Assembly (NCBI RefSeq): GCF_963921235.1
Contig: NC_086097.1
Coordinates: 85,128,001 to 85,192,000, forward strand
DNA length: 64,000 nucleotides
Direction of reading: 5' to 3'
DNA from: Mobula hypostoma
Taxonomy: Eukaryota
A model generated the notes under the pieces. That model had not been told where the DNA came from. It saw nothing but the letters and a program-made list of their open reading frames with translations, and did no database searches. This document shows, in pieces, positions 62,400-64,000 of this stretch. A program made the translations under genes and the position numbers. How positions within the stretch are numbered: position 1 is the stretch's first letter; each line of letters starts with the position of its first letter.

Positions 62400-62940
62400 A
62401 ATGCAGAGTTCATGGGTTTATGGACTGTTTAGAATTATGATGGCAGAGGGGAAGTTGATATTGTTGAGCTGTTGAGCCTGCATCTTCAGGCCCCTGTATT
62501 ACCTTCCTGATGGTAGTAATGACAAGAGGGCATGGTCTGGATGATGATGGTCCTATGTGGTGGATGCAGCTTTCTTAAAGCACCACCTCTGAAAGGTGAC
62601 CTCAATGGTTGTAAGGACGGTGCCCATGTTGGAGCTGGTCGAGTCTACAGTCCTCTGCCTCTGTGGCCTCTTGCAATCCCATGCATTGGATCCTCCAAAC
62701 CAGGCTGTGATGCAACTAGTCAGGATGCTCTCCACTGTACATCTATAGAAATTTGCAAGAATTCTTTGTTAACATACCAAATCTCCTCAAACTCCTAAAG
62801 AAGTAGAGATACTGGAATGCCCCTCCATGATTGCATCAACATTTTGGGCCCAGGATAGATCCTCCGATCCTTCACGGTGATACCTGGGAACTAAAGTCTG
62901 CTCACATTCTCCACCACACTGACCCCTCAGAGAAGACCAT
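62400..62940 (-). mobile_element. Rex1/Babar-type LINE 3' fragment
   Basis: 'MESILTSCITAWFG...RWCFKKAAS'. Confidence 0.8.
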
Positions 62941-63155
62941 TGTATATTGTCCCATTTTCCATTATGATATCTGGAAACTAGAAGGATATTGTGCTAGTTT
63001 GTGGCTGTTTAATGGGGGGGAGGGATTGGAGGGAAGAAGATGATCAGCTGGCATCAGAAATTCTGAGTGGGCCACCTTAGAACTCCCCGCGAGCTGCCAA
63101 AACACTTTTTCCCCATTGCATGTGTTATTATCAATAGTGAGTACTTTCTCCTTTG

Positions 63156-63709
63156 TGTGGTTGCGGAGATGCTTGTTAGTCTAGGGGAAGACAGCCTCCG
63201 GCCTGGCCAAACTTGAGAAATCTTGTTTGGGTGGATGCTGTGTGATGTGTTCCCCGTTACAAATCAGTACCACAAAATAATAAACAGTACACGATATGCA
63301 ATTAAATGATTGAACTTTATAATTCTTAATTTGACCATAGGGTTAGTAAAGAAACAAAAAAGGAAAAAGGCCCATTCTCATGAAACAGTCTAAAGTACAG
63401 CCTTGGAGTTCATGATTTTCCCGTCTGTTCGTTCTCCATCAATTTCCCCCAGGTGTTGTCAACTCCCGACCCCATTCCATGTCCACTCTGTTCTGCAGAC
63501 TATGACTTCCCTGTTCGGGCATCTTCTCTCTCCATCTTCCGTCGAACAAAAGACCACAAAACTCTCTCTTGGATACACAAGAAAGAAAAACACCTCCCCT
63601 CATGGGTCAGTGCACATTCCAAAACCCCCATTATCTCTAGTCATAACCCAAACACTGCACTACAGAGAAACCATTCCATTAGCAGTGAAACCTTTCCCAG
63701 GTCATTACA
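63156..63709. mobile_element. Probable solo LTR
   Basis: TGTGGT...ATTACA termini with 4-bp direct repeat TTTG (63152-63155, 63710-63713). Confidence 0.6.
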
Positions 63710-64000
63710 TTTGGATGACACTGCCAGCAATGGCCCATCAGTGGAGATGTGACTGAGGCCTGAGCTGGGCCCTAATGCCAGATCTGCTCTCTCCATAGAG
63801 GTCAACATCACCATGACTCTTAACTCCCTCACCACTGGCCTCTTGATGTCTTCCAGTGTGGCTCCACCACTGTATTTAAGGGAAATCATTTCCACGGCCT
63901 CCAACTCAGTAAGCAACAAGTGGCATTTTGGGCACAGGAATTCTCCAGCCACACTGTACTCCTGACAAGCTCTGTGGCCTCTGATTGCCATGTTGCACTC

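Noticed and set aside
22336..64000. Next constitutive SLC8A3 exon (RKLTxEEEEAKRIAEMGKP)
   Set aside because: Not found by eye or in the ORF track, so it probably lies beyond the window. The AGAAAGCTGACA at ~56728 is not followed by the expected acidic run.
63715..64000. ORF 63641..63991 as a gene
   Set aside because: It is short, truncated by the window edge and has only a CxxC. It is possibly a decayed LINE ORF1 and cannot be supported.

Overview
This is vertebrate intronic DNA, probably from a cartilaginous fish such as a ray (inferred from the repeat content only). It lies inside a Na+/Ca2+ exchanger gene, SLC8A3/NCX3, on the + strand. Three coding exons from the alternatively spliced CBD2 region are visible: mutually exclusive exon A (9596-9702) and exon B (13791-13894), and a 21-nt microexon C (22315-22335). 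I did not find the flanking constitutive exons in the window. The rest is intron packed with decayed transposons: CR1 and Rex1/Babar-type LINEs, Penelope-like elements with hammerhead ribozyme cores, a Gypsy LTR element, solo LTRs, hAT, Tigger and Tc1 DNA transposons, and SINEs. Most ORF-track entries are TE remnants or noise. The most unusual object is a 465-bp, TSD-flanked, CpG-rich antisense retroelement (3659-4123). It has a structured head, an RTE-type tail and, between them, what looks like a captured piece of the CYHR1/ZFTRAF1 N-terminal coding region. All family and gene assignments come from recalled motifs, not database searches.
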